64,000 nucleotides of DNA from Faecalimonas sp. (lineage in GTDB: Bacteria > Bacillota > Clostridia > Lachnospirales > Lachnospiraceae). The DNA is taken from positions 4,564-68,563 of the forward strand of contig JAZSDK010000065.1 of NCBI GenBank assembly GCA_045531155.1, given 5' to 3'. The notes beneath the pieces were generated by a model. The model was given only the letters and a program-made list of their open reading frames with translations. It did no database searches and was not told the DNA's origin. Below, in pieces: positions 39,342-49,762 of the stretch. Each line of letters begins with the position of its first letter. Positions within the stretch are counted from its first letter, which is position 1. The position numbers and the translations under genes were made by a program.

Positions 39342-41567
39342 ATGAGCATTTACGATACATTAAACAATGAACAACGGGAAGCAGTATTTCATACAGAAGG
39401 ACCGCTTTTGATTCTTGCAGGTGCGGGTTCCGGAAAGACAAGAGTGCTGACACACCGCATCGCATATTTGATTGATGAAATGGGTGTAAACCCTTGGAAT
39501 ATTTTGGCAATCACCTTTACCAATAAGGCGGCCGGCGAGATGCGGGAACGTGTGGACAGAATCGTTGGTTTTGGCTCGGAAAGCATCTGGGTGAGTACGT
39601 TTCATTCGACTTGCGTTCGTATCTTAAGACGTCACATTGACCGTTTGGGATTTGGAACGAATTTTACGATATATGATGCAGACGACCAGAAGACACTAAT
39701 GAAGGATGTCTGCAAGCAATTACAGATTGACACAAAGATTTATAAAGAGAGAAATCTTCTGGCGGCTATTTCTTCAGCAAAGGATGAAATGATTTTGCCG
39801 GATGAGTATGAGTTGAATGCAGGGGGAGATTATCACAAGCAAAAGATAGCCAAGGTTTATCGAGAATATCAAAAGCAATTGAAAGCAAACAATGCGCTTG
39901 ATTTCGATGATTTGCTGGTAAAAACCGTGCAACTTTTGCAGACTCAGCCAGACATTTTGGAATATTATCAAGAACGCTTCCGCTATATCATGGTGGACGA
40001 GTATCAGGATACCAATACGGTACAGTTTAAGCTTATCAGTATTCTTGCAAAGAAATATCGAAACCTTTGTGTAGTGGGTGACGACGACCAGTCCATTTAC
40101 AAATTCCGTGGTGCTAATATTAAGAATATTTTAAATTTTGAAGATGTGTTTGAGGATGCACGGGTGATTAAGCTGGAGCAGAATTACCGTTCTACGGAGA
40201 CCATTTTGAATGCGGCAAATGGTGTCATCTGCAACAATTATGGGCGAAAAGACAAGGCTCTTTGGACAGAAAATGGTGTGGGAGACAAACTTGTATTTCA
40301 GCAGTTTGATAACGCTTATGATGAGGCAGATTATGTGGTGAGTGATATCAGGGAGCATGTGAGAGAAGGGGAACGTTCTTATAATGAGCACGCAATCCTT
40401 TACCGCACCAATGCGCAGTCCCGTATTTTTGAAGAAAAATTTGTCACGGCAAATATTCCATACAAGATTGTTGGCGGCATCAATTTCTATGCTAGAAAAG
40501 AAATCAAAGATCTGCTGGCGTATTTAAAAACCATTGATAACGGAATGGATGATTTGGCTGTTCGACGTATCATCAACGTACCAAAGCGAGGCATCGGACT
40601 TACAACTATTAATCGAGTGCAGGAGAATGCAACTGAGCGAGGTGTTAGCTTCTATGAGGCTTTGCGTACTGCTGATATGATTCCGGGTATTCGGAAAGCG
40701 GCAACCAAGTTGGATTCTTTTGTGGCTCTGATGGAGCACTTCAAAGAGAGCGCAAAGAAGATGCTGGTGTCGGAACTCATGCAGGAGGTTCTGGATTATA
40801 CCGGTTATCTGGAAACCTTGGAGGAGGAAGGAAAAGAAGAGGCTGAAGCACGCAAGGAAAATATTGATGAACTTTTGAGTAAGATTGCGACTTATGAGGA
40901 ATCTTGCGAGGATGAGGCTCCGACTTTAAGTGGATTCTTAGAAGAGGTGGCCTTGGTTGCGGACATTGACAGTCTGGATGAAAATAGTGACTATGTAGTT
41001 CTTATGACGCTTCACAGTGCAAAAGGATTGGAATTTCCGGAAGTTTATATGGTAGGTATGGAAGATGGAATTTTCCCAAGCTATATAACAGTGACAGAGG
41101 GAGATTTGGACGAGCTGGAAGAGGAAAGAAGACTTTGCTATGTAGGTATTACGCGAGCGATGGAGAATCTGACATTAACCTGTGCAAGGCGCAGAATGAT
41201 TCGCGGCGAAGTGCAATACAATAAGATGTCTAGATTTTTAAAAGAGATACCTATGCATTTATTTGGAAATAAAGTCAAAGCAGAGCGCGAGGAAATGGAT
41301 GTAGTAAAAGCAAATGCGTATATTCAGGCAAAACAGGCATTTAAGACACAAGCCTTTTCCACTGTAAAACCAGCCCAGAACTTTGGTGTGAAAACGGGGG
41401 GAGGCCTTGATTACGAGGTTGGCGACCGTGTAAAACACTTGAAGTTTGGCGAGGGTATTGTAACCTCCATTGTAGAAGGCGGAAGAGATTACGAAGTGAC
41501 CGTCGCATTCGACAATGTGGGTACCAAAAAAATGTTTGCCGGATTTGCAAAATTACAGAAAGTGTGA
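39342..41567 (+). CDS. pcrA: ATP-dependent DNA helicase PcrA
   Basis: AGAGSGKT, TFTNKAA, VDEYQD, VGDDDQSIY, HSAKGLEF, EERRL.YV..TRA, C-terminal Tudor domain. Confidence 0.97.
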   Translation: MSIYDTLNNEQREAVFHTEGPLLILAGAGSGKTRVLTHRIAYLIDEMGVNPWNILAITFTNKAAGEMRERVDRIVGFGSESIWVSTFHSTCVRILRRHIDRLGFGTNFTIYDADDQKTLMKDVCKQLQIDTKIYKERNLLAAISSAKDEMILPDEYELNAGGDYHKQKIAKVYREYQKQLKANNALDFDDLLVKTVQLLQTQPDILEYYQERFRYIMVDEYQDTNTVQFKLISILAKKYRNLCVVGDDDQSIYKFRGANIKNILNFEDVFEDARVIKLEQNYRSTETILNAANGVICNNYGRKDKALWTENGVGDKLVFQQFDNAYDEADYVVSDIREHVREGERSYNEHAILYRTNAQSRIFEEKFVTANIPYKIVGGINFYARKEIKDLLAYLKTIDNGMDDLAVRRIINVPKRGIGLTTINRVQENATERGVSFYEALRTADMIPGIRKAATKLDSFVALMEHFKESAKKMLVSELMQEVLDYTGYLETLEEEGKEEAEARKENIDELLSKIATYEESCEDEAPTLSGFLEEVALVADIDSLDENSDYVVLMTLHSAKGLEFPEVYMVGMEDGIFPSYITVTEGDLDELEEERRLCYVGITRAMENLTLTCARRRMIRGEVQYNKMSRFLKEIPMHLFGNKVKAEREEMDVVKANAYIQAKQAFKTQAFSTVKPAQNFGVKTGGGLDYEVGDRVKHLKFGEGIVTSIVEGGRDYEVTVAFDNVGTKKMFAGFAKLQKV

Positions 41568-41703
41568 ACTGTTCAGAGCGAAGTAAAATTTTATAAAACG
41601 GACGTAAAATGCTTGCATTTTTAAGTTTGTTTTTAAAATTTTATTTGGCGGATACGCCACACCGAGGAAACACAACGTGTTTTCGAGGTTGCTCTGAATA
41701 GTT
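41567..41703 (+). repeat. Structured multi-stem dispersed element, subfamily B, full length
   Basis: aactgttcagagc / gctctgaatagtt closing stem; long AT hairpin with ATGCTTGCAT apex; tggcg-gata-cgcca; ccGAg...cGAgg arm. Confidence 0.88.
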
Positions 41704-41789
41704 ACGAAAATTTAATGACAATAGCGGTATAATGATGTTATAATATACATAATATAATTGTACTGAAAAAAATAGAAAGGGTGTATAGC

Positions 41790-42032
41790 ATGAACAAGAT
41801 TGAAGATATAATTTCTGCAACAAAATTAAATGAGATTTTACAGAAACGAGACGACGATAAGATTAAGAAGACCATTCTTTGGATTCTTGCTATTGTAGGC
41901 GCTGTGGTTGCAATTGCAGGAATTGCATATGCAGTATATCGTTTCTTTACACCGGATTATCTGGAAGATTTTGATGAAGATTTCGAGGATGATTTCGAAG
42001 ACGATTATTTTGAGGAAGAAGACGAAATCTAG
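41790..42032 (+). CDS. Small membrane protein with acidic tail (DUF4366-like)
   Basis: One TM helix, YRFFTPDYLEDF, D/E-rich tail. Confidence 0.75.
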   Translation: MNKIEDIISATKLNEILQKRDDDKIKKTILWILAIVGAVVAIAGIAYAVYRFFTPDYLEDFDEDFEDDFEDDYFEEEDEI

Positions 42033-42091
42033 GAGAGTAAGAAAAAGCTCGCTCGCGCAGAAATTGGCGGGCGAGTTTTTTGGAGGTTCAC

Positions 42092-43459
42092 ATGAAAAAA
42101 GGACAAGTTTATGAAGGGTTGATTGAAAAGGTAGAGTTTCCAAATAAGGGAATCGTATTTGTAGAGGGAGAAGCAAACAAGGTTATTGTTAAGAATGGAA
42201 TTCCAGGGCAGAAGATTAAATTTGCTGTGAATAAGATGCGAAAAGGGAAGGCAGAAGGACGCCTTTTGGAGGTGCTGGAAAAGTCACCACTTGAAACAAG
42301 AGAGCCTGTTTGCAGTATCTTTCCGGCTTGCGGTGGCTGTATGTACCAAACCATGTCTTATGAAGGCCAGATGAAGATGAAAGAGCAGCAGGTGAAAGAG
42401 ATATTAGATGCTGCCATTGTTGGAGACTATGAATTTGAAGGTGTGAAGGCAAGTCCGAAAGAATTTGCATACCGCAACAAGATGGAGTTTTCCTTTGGAG
42501 ATGAATTTAAGGATGGACCTTTGTCCCTTGGGCTACATAAGAAAGGAAGCACCTATGATGTACTGACTGCTTTTGACTGCAAGCTGGTACATGAGGATAT
42601 GACAAAGATTTTAGTTTGTGTGCTAGATTATTTTAAAGAGAGAAATGTGTCTTACTATAAGAAAATGCAACATGTAGGATATTTGCGCCATCTATTGCTT
42701 CGCCGTGGAGATATTACCGGTGAGATTTTAGTAAATTTGGTTACAACAACACAGGAAGAATATGATTTGACACCACTTGTAGATGCATTGCTTGAACTTG
42801 AGCTTGAGGGAAAGATTGTAGGCATTCTTCATATTTTGAATGATTCCTTATCCGATGTGGTACAGAGTGATGAGACACGTGTACTGTATGGGCAAGATTA
42901 TTTTTATGAAAAATTATTGGGAATGGAATTCAAGATTACTCCATTTTCTTTCTTCCAACCGAATTCCAGGGCGGCAGAAGTGCTATACAGTTCGATAAGA
43001 GATTATCTTGGAGACATGAAAGGGAAAACACTTTATGATTTGTTTAGCGGAACGGGAACGATAGGTCAGATTCTTTCACCGGTTGCTGAAAAGGTTATTG
43101 GTGTGGAGATTGTGGAAGAAGCAGTTGCGGCGGCCAATGAAAATGCAAAGCACAATGGCATTACAAATTGTAAGTTCTTAGCGGGAGATGTGTTTAAAGT
43201 CTTGGATGAGATTGAGGAAAAACCAGATGTGATTGTGCTGGACCCGCCGAGAGACGGCATTCATCCGAAGGCACTTCCAAAGATTTTGGACTATGGCGTG
43301 GATACCATCGTTTATATTTCTTGCAAGGTAACAAGTCTGGCGAGAGATTTGGAAATGATGCAGGCGAAAGGATATAGAGTTGTGAAGGCGGTGGCTTGCG
43401 ACCAGTTCTGCCAGACGGTGCATGTTGAAACAATCGCTTTATTGAAAAATATTAAGTAA
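42092..43459 (+). CDS. rlmD: 23S rRNA (uracil-5-)-methyltransferase
   Basis: TRAM domain, C..CGGC, YRNKMEF, SFFQ.N, DLFSGTGT, DPPR, YISC, HVET. Confidence 0.93.
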   Translation: MKKGQVYEGLIEKVEFPNKGIVFVEGEANKVIVKNGIPGQKIKFAVNKMRKGKAEGRLLEVLEKSPLETREPVCSIFPACGGCMYQTMSYEGQMKMKEQQVKEILDAAIVGDYEFEGVKASPKEFAYRNKMEFSFGDEFKDGPLSLGLHKKGSTYDVLTAFDCKLVHEDMTKILVCVLDYFKERNVSYYKKMQHVGYLRHLLLRRGDITGEILVNLVTTTQEEYDLTPLVDALLELELEGKIVGILHILNDSLSDVVQSDETRVLYGQDYFYEKLLGMEFKITPFSFFQPNSRAAEVLYSSIRDYLGDMKGKTLYDLFSGTGTIGQILSPVAEKVIGVEIVEEAVAAANENAKHNGITNCKFLAGDVFKVLDEIEEKPDVIVLDPPRDGIHPKALPKILDYGVDTIVYISCKVTSLARDLEMMQAKGYRVVKAVACDQFCQTVHVETIALLKNIK

Positions 43460-43534
43460 TAGGTTTATCCATTAAATAGTATATCATTTTGATTTCTCCA
43501 TATACTAACAAAAATGGAAAGGAAGTAAAGTGTT

Positions 43535-43969
43535 ATGGAGAAAACAGATACAATAAAACTATTACAAGAATGTGATGCAGGAAGCAAAATGGCAGTTACA
43601 TCCATTGACGAATTGATGGACAAGGCTACAGACTCTGAGCTTGCAGAACTTTTGGAAGAAAGCAAAAAGCATCATGAGAAGCTGGGAAATGATTTGCACT
43701 CTATGTTGAATCATAAAGAATCTGATGAGAAAGAGCCAAATCCTATGGCGAAAGGAATGTCAAGACTAAAAATTAATTTCAAAATGGGAATGGACAACAG
43801 CGATGCTATGATTGCAGACTTAATCACAGACGGTTGTGATATGGGTGTAAAATCCCTCTACAAATATATGAACCAATATAAGGCAGCTGAGGAGCCGGCA
43901 AAAGATATCTGTAAACGTCTGATTGCGATTGAGGAAGAACTCCGCGATAAGCTCAGAAAGTTCTTGTAA
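43535..43969 (+). CDS. Conserved hypothetical protein, probably a ferritin-like four-helix bundle
   Basis: Helical charged 144 aa, G.KMA..SI and IA.L...GC.MG pattern. Confidence 0.7.
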   Translation: MEKTDTIKLLQECDAGSKMAVTSIDELMDKATDSELAELLEESKKHHEKLGNDLHSMLNHKESDEKEPNPMAKGMSRLKINFKMGMDNSDAMIADLITDGCDMGVKSLYKYMNQYKAAEEPAKDICKRLIAIEEELRDKLRKFL

Positions 43970-44042
43970 GTTTAGCGAAAACTTCGCTAAGCAGAAGTCA
44001 CAGAGAGAATAATATTGTATCATTGCATTGAGGTGAAATGCA

Positions 44043-44279
44043 ATGTACAGGCGTATCAGAGATTTGAGAGAAGATAGAGATATGACACAGGTTCAGCTTG
44101 CAAAAATGTTGAATTGTAGTCAAAGGACCTACAGTAATTATGAACGTGGAGATATAGAAATATCCACAAGAGTGTTAATCGAACTGGCAAGATTTCATGA
44201 TACCAGTATTGATTATCTCTTAGAGTTGACAGACGAAAAACGACCATATCCAAGGAAAGTGAATAAGAAGTACATGTAG
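44043..44279 (+). CDS. XRE family helix-turn-helix protein
   Basis: RIRDLRED..MTQ..LA..L..SQ.TYS.YE.G, SIDYLL. Confidence 0.88.
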   Translation: MYRRIRDLREDRDMTQVQLAKMLNCSQRTYSNYERGDIEISTRVLIELARFHDTSIDYLLELTDEKRPYPRKVNKKYM

Positions 44280-44283
44280 GTAG

Positions 44284-44313
44284 AAAAGTCATCGCGTTTG
44301 CGGTGGCTTTTTT
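44284..44313 (+). terminator. Intrinsic terminator
   Basis: aagtcatcgc / gcggtggctt followed by T run. Confidence 0.7.
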
Positions 44314-44370
44314 GTGAGAACACTGATATAATGAAAGGGTAAGATTTTAAGATTAGAAAGGGACACCTTC

Positions 44371-45441
44371 ATGAAATTCATTCATTGTGCAGATTTGCAT
44401 TTAGATGCCAAAATGAGTGCAAACCTTGATAAAGACAAAGCAAAAATAAGGAAAGCTGAGATTCTACATACCTTTGAAAGGATGGTAGAGTATGCAGCAG
44501 AACATGATGTTTTCGGCATTTTAATCGCAGGGGATATGTTTGACACGAAAAACATTACTACGACCACAAAGAATGCTGTATTATACCAGATAAACAGTCA
44601 TCCGGATATTACATTTTTTTATCTGAATGGCAATCATGATAATGATAATTTTCTCTCAAATCTTGATGTCATTCCTGAGAATTTAAAGATGTTTGGGGCT
44701 AATTGGACAACCTATGCAATCGGCAAGATTGTAATTGCCGGGATTGATTTGTCAACAGAGAACACAAGCCTCGCCCATGCTTCACTGATGCTTGAATCGG
44801 ATAAATTCAATATGGTTATGATGCATGGACAAGACGGAGAGTTAATTAATCTGAGGGCACTCAAGAACAAAAATATAGATTATCTTGCGTTAGGTCACAT
44901 TCATGCATACAAGCACGAACAACTGGATGCACGTGCTTCATACTGTTATCCGGGATGTCTGGAGGGCAGAGGTTTTGATGAGGTTGGCGAACATGGCTTT
45001 GTTTTACTTGATGTGAATGAGGAAGATGGTACATATTCCCGCGAATTCGTACCGTTTGCCAAGAGAAAACTATATGCTATTTTGGTAGATGTAACGGATT
45101 GTCAAACTTCTTCCGAAATAATTGAGAAAGTGGCTGCAGGGCTTTGCGAAGTAAATTGCGATGAAACAGCCCTCGTGAAGATTATTTTGGCAGGAACATT
45201 GGATGTGGCATGTGAAAAAGATGTGGATTACATTTTGACCCGTTTTCAATCACAGTATTTCTTTGTCAAAATTTATGACGAGACGACCTTAAAGATTGAC
45301 GCGGAAGATTATATGTTAGATGAATCTTTGAAAGGCGAGTATGTACGCATGATTATGCAGGATTCTGCATTGTCAGAAGAGGATAAGGCAATTATTATCC
45401 GCTATGGACTTCAAGTGATTGCCGGCGAGGAGGTGCAGTAA
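44371..45441 (+). CDS. Mre11/SbcD-like metallophosphoesterase (YhaO-like)
   Basis: ADLHLD, AGDMFD, GNHD, ALGHIH, YPG..EGRGFDE.G. Confidence 0.9.
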   Translation: MKFIHCADLHLDAKMSANLDKDKAKIRKAEILHTFERMVEYAAEHDVFGILIAGDMFDTKNITTTTKNAVLYQINSHPDITFFYLNGNHDNDNFLSNLDVIPENLKMFGANWTTYAIGKIVIAGIDLSTENTSLAHASLMLESDKFNMVMMHGQDGELINLRALKNKNIDYLALGHIHAYKHEQLDARASYCYPGCLEGRGFDEVGEHGFVLLDVNEEDGTYSREFVPFAKRKLYAILVDVTDCQTSSEIIEKVAAGLCEVNCDETALVKIILAGTLDVACEKDVDYILTRFQSQYFFVKIYDETTLKIDAEDYMLDESLKGEYVRMIMQDSALSEEDKAIIIRYGLQVIAGEEVQ

Positions 45442-45443
45442 TT

Positions 45444-47435
45444 ATGAGACTGATTCGTTGCCATATTGAAAATTTTGGTAAGCTGCATGATTATGCTGTT
45501 GATTTTGAAAAGGGTACACATATTATTTGTGAAGAAAATGGCTGGGGAAAAAGTACGCTTTCAGCATTTATCCGAGCAATGTTCTATGGACTGGAAGGGG
45601 AACGCAAAAGAAGTATAGAGGAAAATGAACGAAAGCGCTATATGCCTTGGCAAGGTGGAGTTTTTGGGGGACGGCTGACATTTGAGGTGGATGGAAAAGA
45701 GTATACAGTTACCAGAACCTTCAATGAGCAGGATGAGTTTGAACTGCGTGATGCCAAAACCAATTTGATTAGCAATGATTATTCCAGCAAAATTGGACAG
45801 GAACTTTTCAAGGTTGACAGAGAGTCTTTCATGCGAACGGTATTTATCGGACAGGCGGACTGTGAGACTGCCGTTACAGATGATATTAATGCGAAGATAG
45901 GAAATCTGACCGATAATTCTAATGATTTGAATAGCTTTGAGGCAGCAAGTGCCAGGTTGAAGGATTTGTTAAATAGTCTGACACCAAACAGAAAGACCGG
46001 TAGTATTTCACAGAGAAAAAATCAAATTACAGAGTTGGGCAGAAAAGTGGTTGCTCAAAAGGGAATTCCGGAGGCTCTTCAAATGCTTCAAGCGAAACGT
46101 CAGGAAGAACTTGAAACATATCATAAAGTCAAGAGAGAGTTGGAACGTGTTCAGAAAGAACAAGTGCGAGTTTCTAAACGGCAGGCGATGCTGGCAAAAA
46201 AAGAACAGTGGAAAACTCTCAAACAAGACCAGAAAAATGCACGTGCACAGTTTATGGGAGATGTTCCGCTAATGGAATACGTTGAAAACGCGCAGACCAA
46301 CTACAATGAAATGGTGAAAGCGTCTGCACGTATGGCATCACAAGAGTTAACGGAGAGTGAGAAGGATCAACTCGCTTCACTTCAGACCACTGACCAGAAA
46401 GATGCAAAGAAAATGTCGACTATGAAGATAATTGGATTATTTTTAGCAGTAATGGGTTTGATTTTTATGGTGGCAGTATCAGTGATTGTAGGAGTTGTAA
46501 TATCAATTGTAGGCTTACTTGTTGTTGTGGCGGGAGTGATTGACAGTAATAAGAAGAGAGTGGCATTGAAAGAGGCAGAAGAACTTCGCCAATCCGTGCG
46601 TATATCTTTAGAAAACAAACAGAAAAAATTGTTACAAGCTTCTGGGGATTTTCAATCTCATCAAAATGAAATATTGGATTTCCTTATAAAATATGGATAT
46701 ACACCTGCCAATAATTTACAGCAGCAGTTATTGAAGATTCGCGATGATGTGCAAGTTTATGCAGAAGCATCTAAGAAACTAGCATTATTTGAGCAGAGTA
46801 CGAATGTAGCTTGTCTGAATGTGGAAGAACTGGATGAGGAAACATACAGTTTGCCAGAGTTAAATGAAAAAATAATCGTACTTTCTGACGAGAGAGAAAC
46901 GATTTATAAACGACTGGAAGCTTACCAGGCTGATATTGAGCAGTTGCAGATACAGTTAGAAGAATGGGAAGAGAATCGGATTCGCTTGGAGGAATTGAAA
47001 GAAATACAAGCCCAAGAGACGCAGAAATATCAGTATATATTGAAGGTCCAGGACTACCTTACAAAGGCGAAAGAGAGTATTACCAACAAATATGCTGCGC
47101 CGATTCTAGAGAACTTCAGTAAGTATTATCAAATGATTACTTCCACATCCGCGGATGCATTCCGTATTGATGCCAATACAAATGTCACTATTGTAGAGCA
47201 AGGGAAACAAAGAGAAACCAATACCCAAAGCTCTGGCTATAGAGACTTGATTGGCATCTGTCTCCGTGTTGCGCTGGTAGATGCAATGTATAAGGAAGAG
47301 GCACCGGTTCTCATCATGGATGATCCATTTACGAACTTGGATGACGAGAAAATGAAGCAGGCCAGAAAGTTCCTGGATTATATAGCAGAAAAATATCAAG
47401 TAATTTATTTCACTTGTAGTGAATCTAGAAGATAA
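45444..47435 (+). CDS. Rad50/SbcC-like coiled-coil ATPase (YhaN-like)
   Basis: ENFGKL, NGWGKST, coiled coils with an internal hydrophobic hairpin, SSG signature, MDDPF.NLD. Confidence 0.88.
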   Translation: MRLIRCHIENFGKLHDYAVDFEKGTHIICEENGWGKSTLSAFIRAMFYGLEGERKRSIEENERKRYMPWQGGVFGGRLTFEVDGKEYTVTRTFNEQDEFELRDAKTNLISNDYSSKIGQELFKVDRESFMRTVFIGQADCETAVTDDINAKIGNLTDNSNDLNSFEAASARLKDLLNSLTPNRKTGSISQRKNQITELGRKVVAQKGIPEALQMLQAKRQEELETYHKVKRELERVQKEQVRVSKRQAMLAKKEQWKTLKQDQKNARAQFMGDVPLMEYVENAQTNYNEMVKASARMASQELTESEKDQLASLQTTDQKDAKKMSTMKIIGLFLAVMGLIFMVAVSVIVGVVISIVGLLVVVAGVIDSNKKRVALKEAEELRQSVRISLENKQKKLLQASGDFQSHQNEILDFLIKYGYTPANNLQQQLLKIRDDVQVYAEASKKLALFEQSTNVACLNVEELDEETYSLPELNEKIIVLSDERETIYKRLEAYQADIEQLQIQLEEWEENRIRLEELKEIQAQETQKYQYILKVQDYLTKAKESITNKYAAPILENFSKYYQMITSTSADAFRIDANTNVTIVEQGKQRETNTQSSGYRDLIGICLRVALVDAMYKEEAPVLIMDDPFTNLDDEKMKQARKFLDYIAEKYQVIYFTCSESRR

Positions 47436-47469
47436 TGCAAAACGCCTAAAACTTTATGTAAAAGAGAAG

Positions 47470-47493
47470 ACCCAGACAAAATCGTCTGGGTCA
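47470..47493. terminator. Hairpin between convergent genes
   Basis: gacccagac / gtctgggtc. Confidence 0.6.
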
Positions 47494-47515
47494 TTTGCTT
47501 TATAGCAAAAACTAT

Positions 47516-48655
47516 TTATGGCAATTTAATCAACTCACTGCGGTCTTTGATTTTCTTCATAATACGTTTCGCTTCGCTACCGGTAGCAGGAGTCGGTTGG
47601 TAGTTGTTTCGATTTCTTTCTGAAGAGAGCGAGCACGGAATCACGTTTGTTACATTATCGTCTTTTACGCCCCCTTTCGTAACAGTAAATGTCTGTTGGA
47701 AAATCATGGTGTCCTTGTCGCTTGGGTTGGAGTTTCCACCAAAGCAGAAGTTTCCAAGACTATATACAATGTTTTTTCCTTTGTAGGTTTCGATACCTTG
47801 TAATACATGTGGATGATGGCCACATACAAGGTCGGCACCCTCATCAATCGCCAGTCGACCTAACATGGTTTGATGTGAATTTGGAGCCGCGTCGCGTTCA
47901 ATTCCCCAGTGGAAAATGACGATTACAATATCCGCACCCTCTGATTTTACTTTGGCAATATTGTCTTTTACTTGCTGTGCACGTCCGGTGTGGTCGATTA
48001 ATTCATAGATTCCAACAAGTCCAACCTTTACACCTTTCACTTCAACGAGCTTTGTTACATCATAACCAAAGTGAACCACGCCGGCAGAGTCTAAGGTGTT
48101 TCGAGTATCCGTTAAACTTTGTGCACCGTAATCACGACTATGATTGTTGGCAAGGGTAACCGCTTCTACGGAACTGCTGGTGAGAATGTTTACAAACTCA
48201 GCAGGCCCTTTAAAAGCGTAGGTTTTATCTGCGCGGGTTTTTAAATCCGTAAATGTTCCCTCTAAGTTTGCAATTGTCAAATCGTCTGCCTCAAAGATGC
48301 TTTTTACATTTTTCAGGAAATATGCGGGACCATTTTTTTCATAATAAGCATTTAAACTTCTGGCATAGTTAAAGTTTTCATCCGTTCCTAAAGTACAATC
48401 ACCCACTACGGAAATAGTAATGGAAACCTCTGCGCTTGGAATCGGAAGTTTTAATGGTTTCTCTGTCTGCTCCGAAAGGTCATCGTAAACTTTGTCCGTA
48501 TCAATTGTGGAAGCAGACTTTTCCTCCGGACGAAGCACTGCATATATCAGTGAGCCGGCTAAAAATATTGCAATGGCTATGGTAACACTTGCAATGAAAA
48601 TGGCAATCTTTTGTTTTCTTTTATAACGTCTTCTGCGAGTTCTTCTATCTGTCAT
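47516..48655 (-). CDS. CapA family (poly-gamma-glutamate synthesis-like) metallophosphatase
   Basis: VGD, NLEG, LANNH..DYG, HWG.E, GHHPHVLQ, YSLGNF; start at 48655 behind AAGGAG. Confidence 0.88.
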   Translation of the reverse strand: MTDRRTRRRRYKRKQKIAIFIASVTIAIAIFLAGSLIYAVLRPEEKSASTIDTDKVYDDLSEQTEKPLKLPIPSAEVSITISVVGDCTLGTDENFNYARSLNAYYEKNGPAYFLKNVKSIFEADDLTIANLEGTFTDLKTRADKTYAFKGPAEFVNILTSSSVEAVTLANNHSRDYGAQSLTDTRNTLDSAGVVHFGYDVTKLVEVKGVKVGLVGIYELIDHTGRAQQVKDNIAKVKSEGADIVIVIFHWGIERDAAPNSHQTMLGRLAIDEGADLVCGHHPHVLQGIETYKGKNIVYSLGNFCFGGNSNPSDKDTMIFQQTFTVTKGGVKDDNVTNVIPCSLSSERNRNNYQPTPATGSEAKRIMKKIKDRSELIKLP

Positions 48656-48847
48656 AAGGTACTCCTTGTCTGAAATTTCTAACAGTATAATTATGCCTTT
48701 AGTATAGGTGTTTTCAAGGTGTTCGTCAATCATTTCGTCGGTCATTTCATCGAAAGGAATAAATTATATAATTATATTGAAGAGGCAATGATGGTGGAGT
48801 ATAATTAAAAAGAAAATATGGAGTAAATATGCGAAGGAGGGATTCTG

Positions 48848-49762
48848 TTGAGACTGGAAGTACAGGAACTAAAAAAATCCTTTGGTGAAACGGAAGTTCT
48901 GCATGGCATTTCTTTTCATGTAGAAAGCGGAAGTGCACTGGGACTTTTGGGAAGAAACGGTGCAGGAAAGACAACAACAATCCGTATCTTAATGGATGTT
49001 TTTAAAGCGAATAGTGGTAATTTGCAGATGGATGGGAAACCATTTAGGGCAAGGGAATATCAGATAGGATATCTGCCGGAGGAAAGAGGCTTATATCCGA
49101 AAAAAACGGTGGGTGAACAATTAATTTACCTTGCCATGCTTCGAGGACTGAATGCAAAAGAGGCGAAGGAGCAGACAAAGAAATGGCTAGAGCGCATGGG
49201 AGTTTCGGAGTATGAAAACCGCAAGCTGGAAACCTTGTCGAAAGGAAATCAGCAGAAGGTACAATTGGCGCAGACCTTGCTTTGCAATCCAGATATTGTA
49301 ATCTTAGACGAACCATTTTCAGGGCTTGACCCTGTAAATGCACAGATTCTGAAGGATGTTATCAAGGAACAGATTGACGCAGGGAAGATTGTTATTTTCT
49401 CTAGTCATCAGATGAGCCATGTGGAAGAATTCTGTGATGAAATTGCCATTATGAATCATGGCGATATCGTCCTATCAGGAAATCTCCGCGAAATTAAGAG
49501 AGAGTTTGGCAAGGACAGACTTGTAGTGGCAAGCCTTAGCGAAACCCCTGAAGAATTGGCAGAACTGTTGAAAACAAAATTCTCTGATTTGTTGGATGTG
49601 GAAAAGGTGCAGCAGAGTCAAGTTGTGGTTAAAGAGAAAAAAGAAGGTAATAAACCTGCGATTTTGCAGAAATTGATAGAGGAAGGCGTGGATATTGAAT
49701 TCTTTGGCCTTTACGAACCATCGCTACATGACATTTTTGTAGAAAAGGCAGGTGACGAGTAA
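48848..49762 (+). CDS. ABC-2 type transporter ATP-binding protein (NatA/YhaQ-like)
   Basis: GRNGAGKTT, GYLPEERGLY, LSKGNQQK, DEPFSGLDPVN; TTG start. Confidence 0.9.
   Translation: MRLEVQELKKSFGETEVLHGISFHVESGSALGLLGRNGAGKTTTIRILMDVFKANSGNLQMDGKPFRAREYQIGYLPEERGLYPKKTVGEQLIYLAMLRGLNAKEAKEQTKKWLERMGVSEYENRKLETLSKGNQQKVQLAQTLLCNPDIVILDEPFSGLDPVNAQILKDVIKEQIDAGKIVIFSSHQMSHVEEFCDEIAIMNHGDIVLSGNLREIKREFGKDRLVVASLSETPEELAELLKTKFSDLLDVEKVQQSQVVVKEKKEGNKPAILQKLIEEGVDIEFFGLYEPSLHDIFVEKAGDE

Noticed and set aside
41641-41823. ORF sharing the peptide KHVVFPRCGVSAK with ORF 14603-14896
   Set aside because: The shared peptide is only the antisense translation of the DNA repeat.
41960-42030. Repetitive GAT/GAA/TTT sequence
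   Set aside because: Explained by the acidic D/E/F tail of the small membrane protein.
43420-44279. Possible integrative element at the rlmD 3' end (a known hotspot) with an XRE gene
   Set aside because: No integrase, relaxase or duplicated att sequence seen downstream.
44371-47435. Nuclease plus SMC-like ATPase as a novel defence system
   Set aside because: Matches the widespread YhaO/YhaN (SbcD/SbcC-like) pair, with no accessory defence genes.
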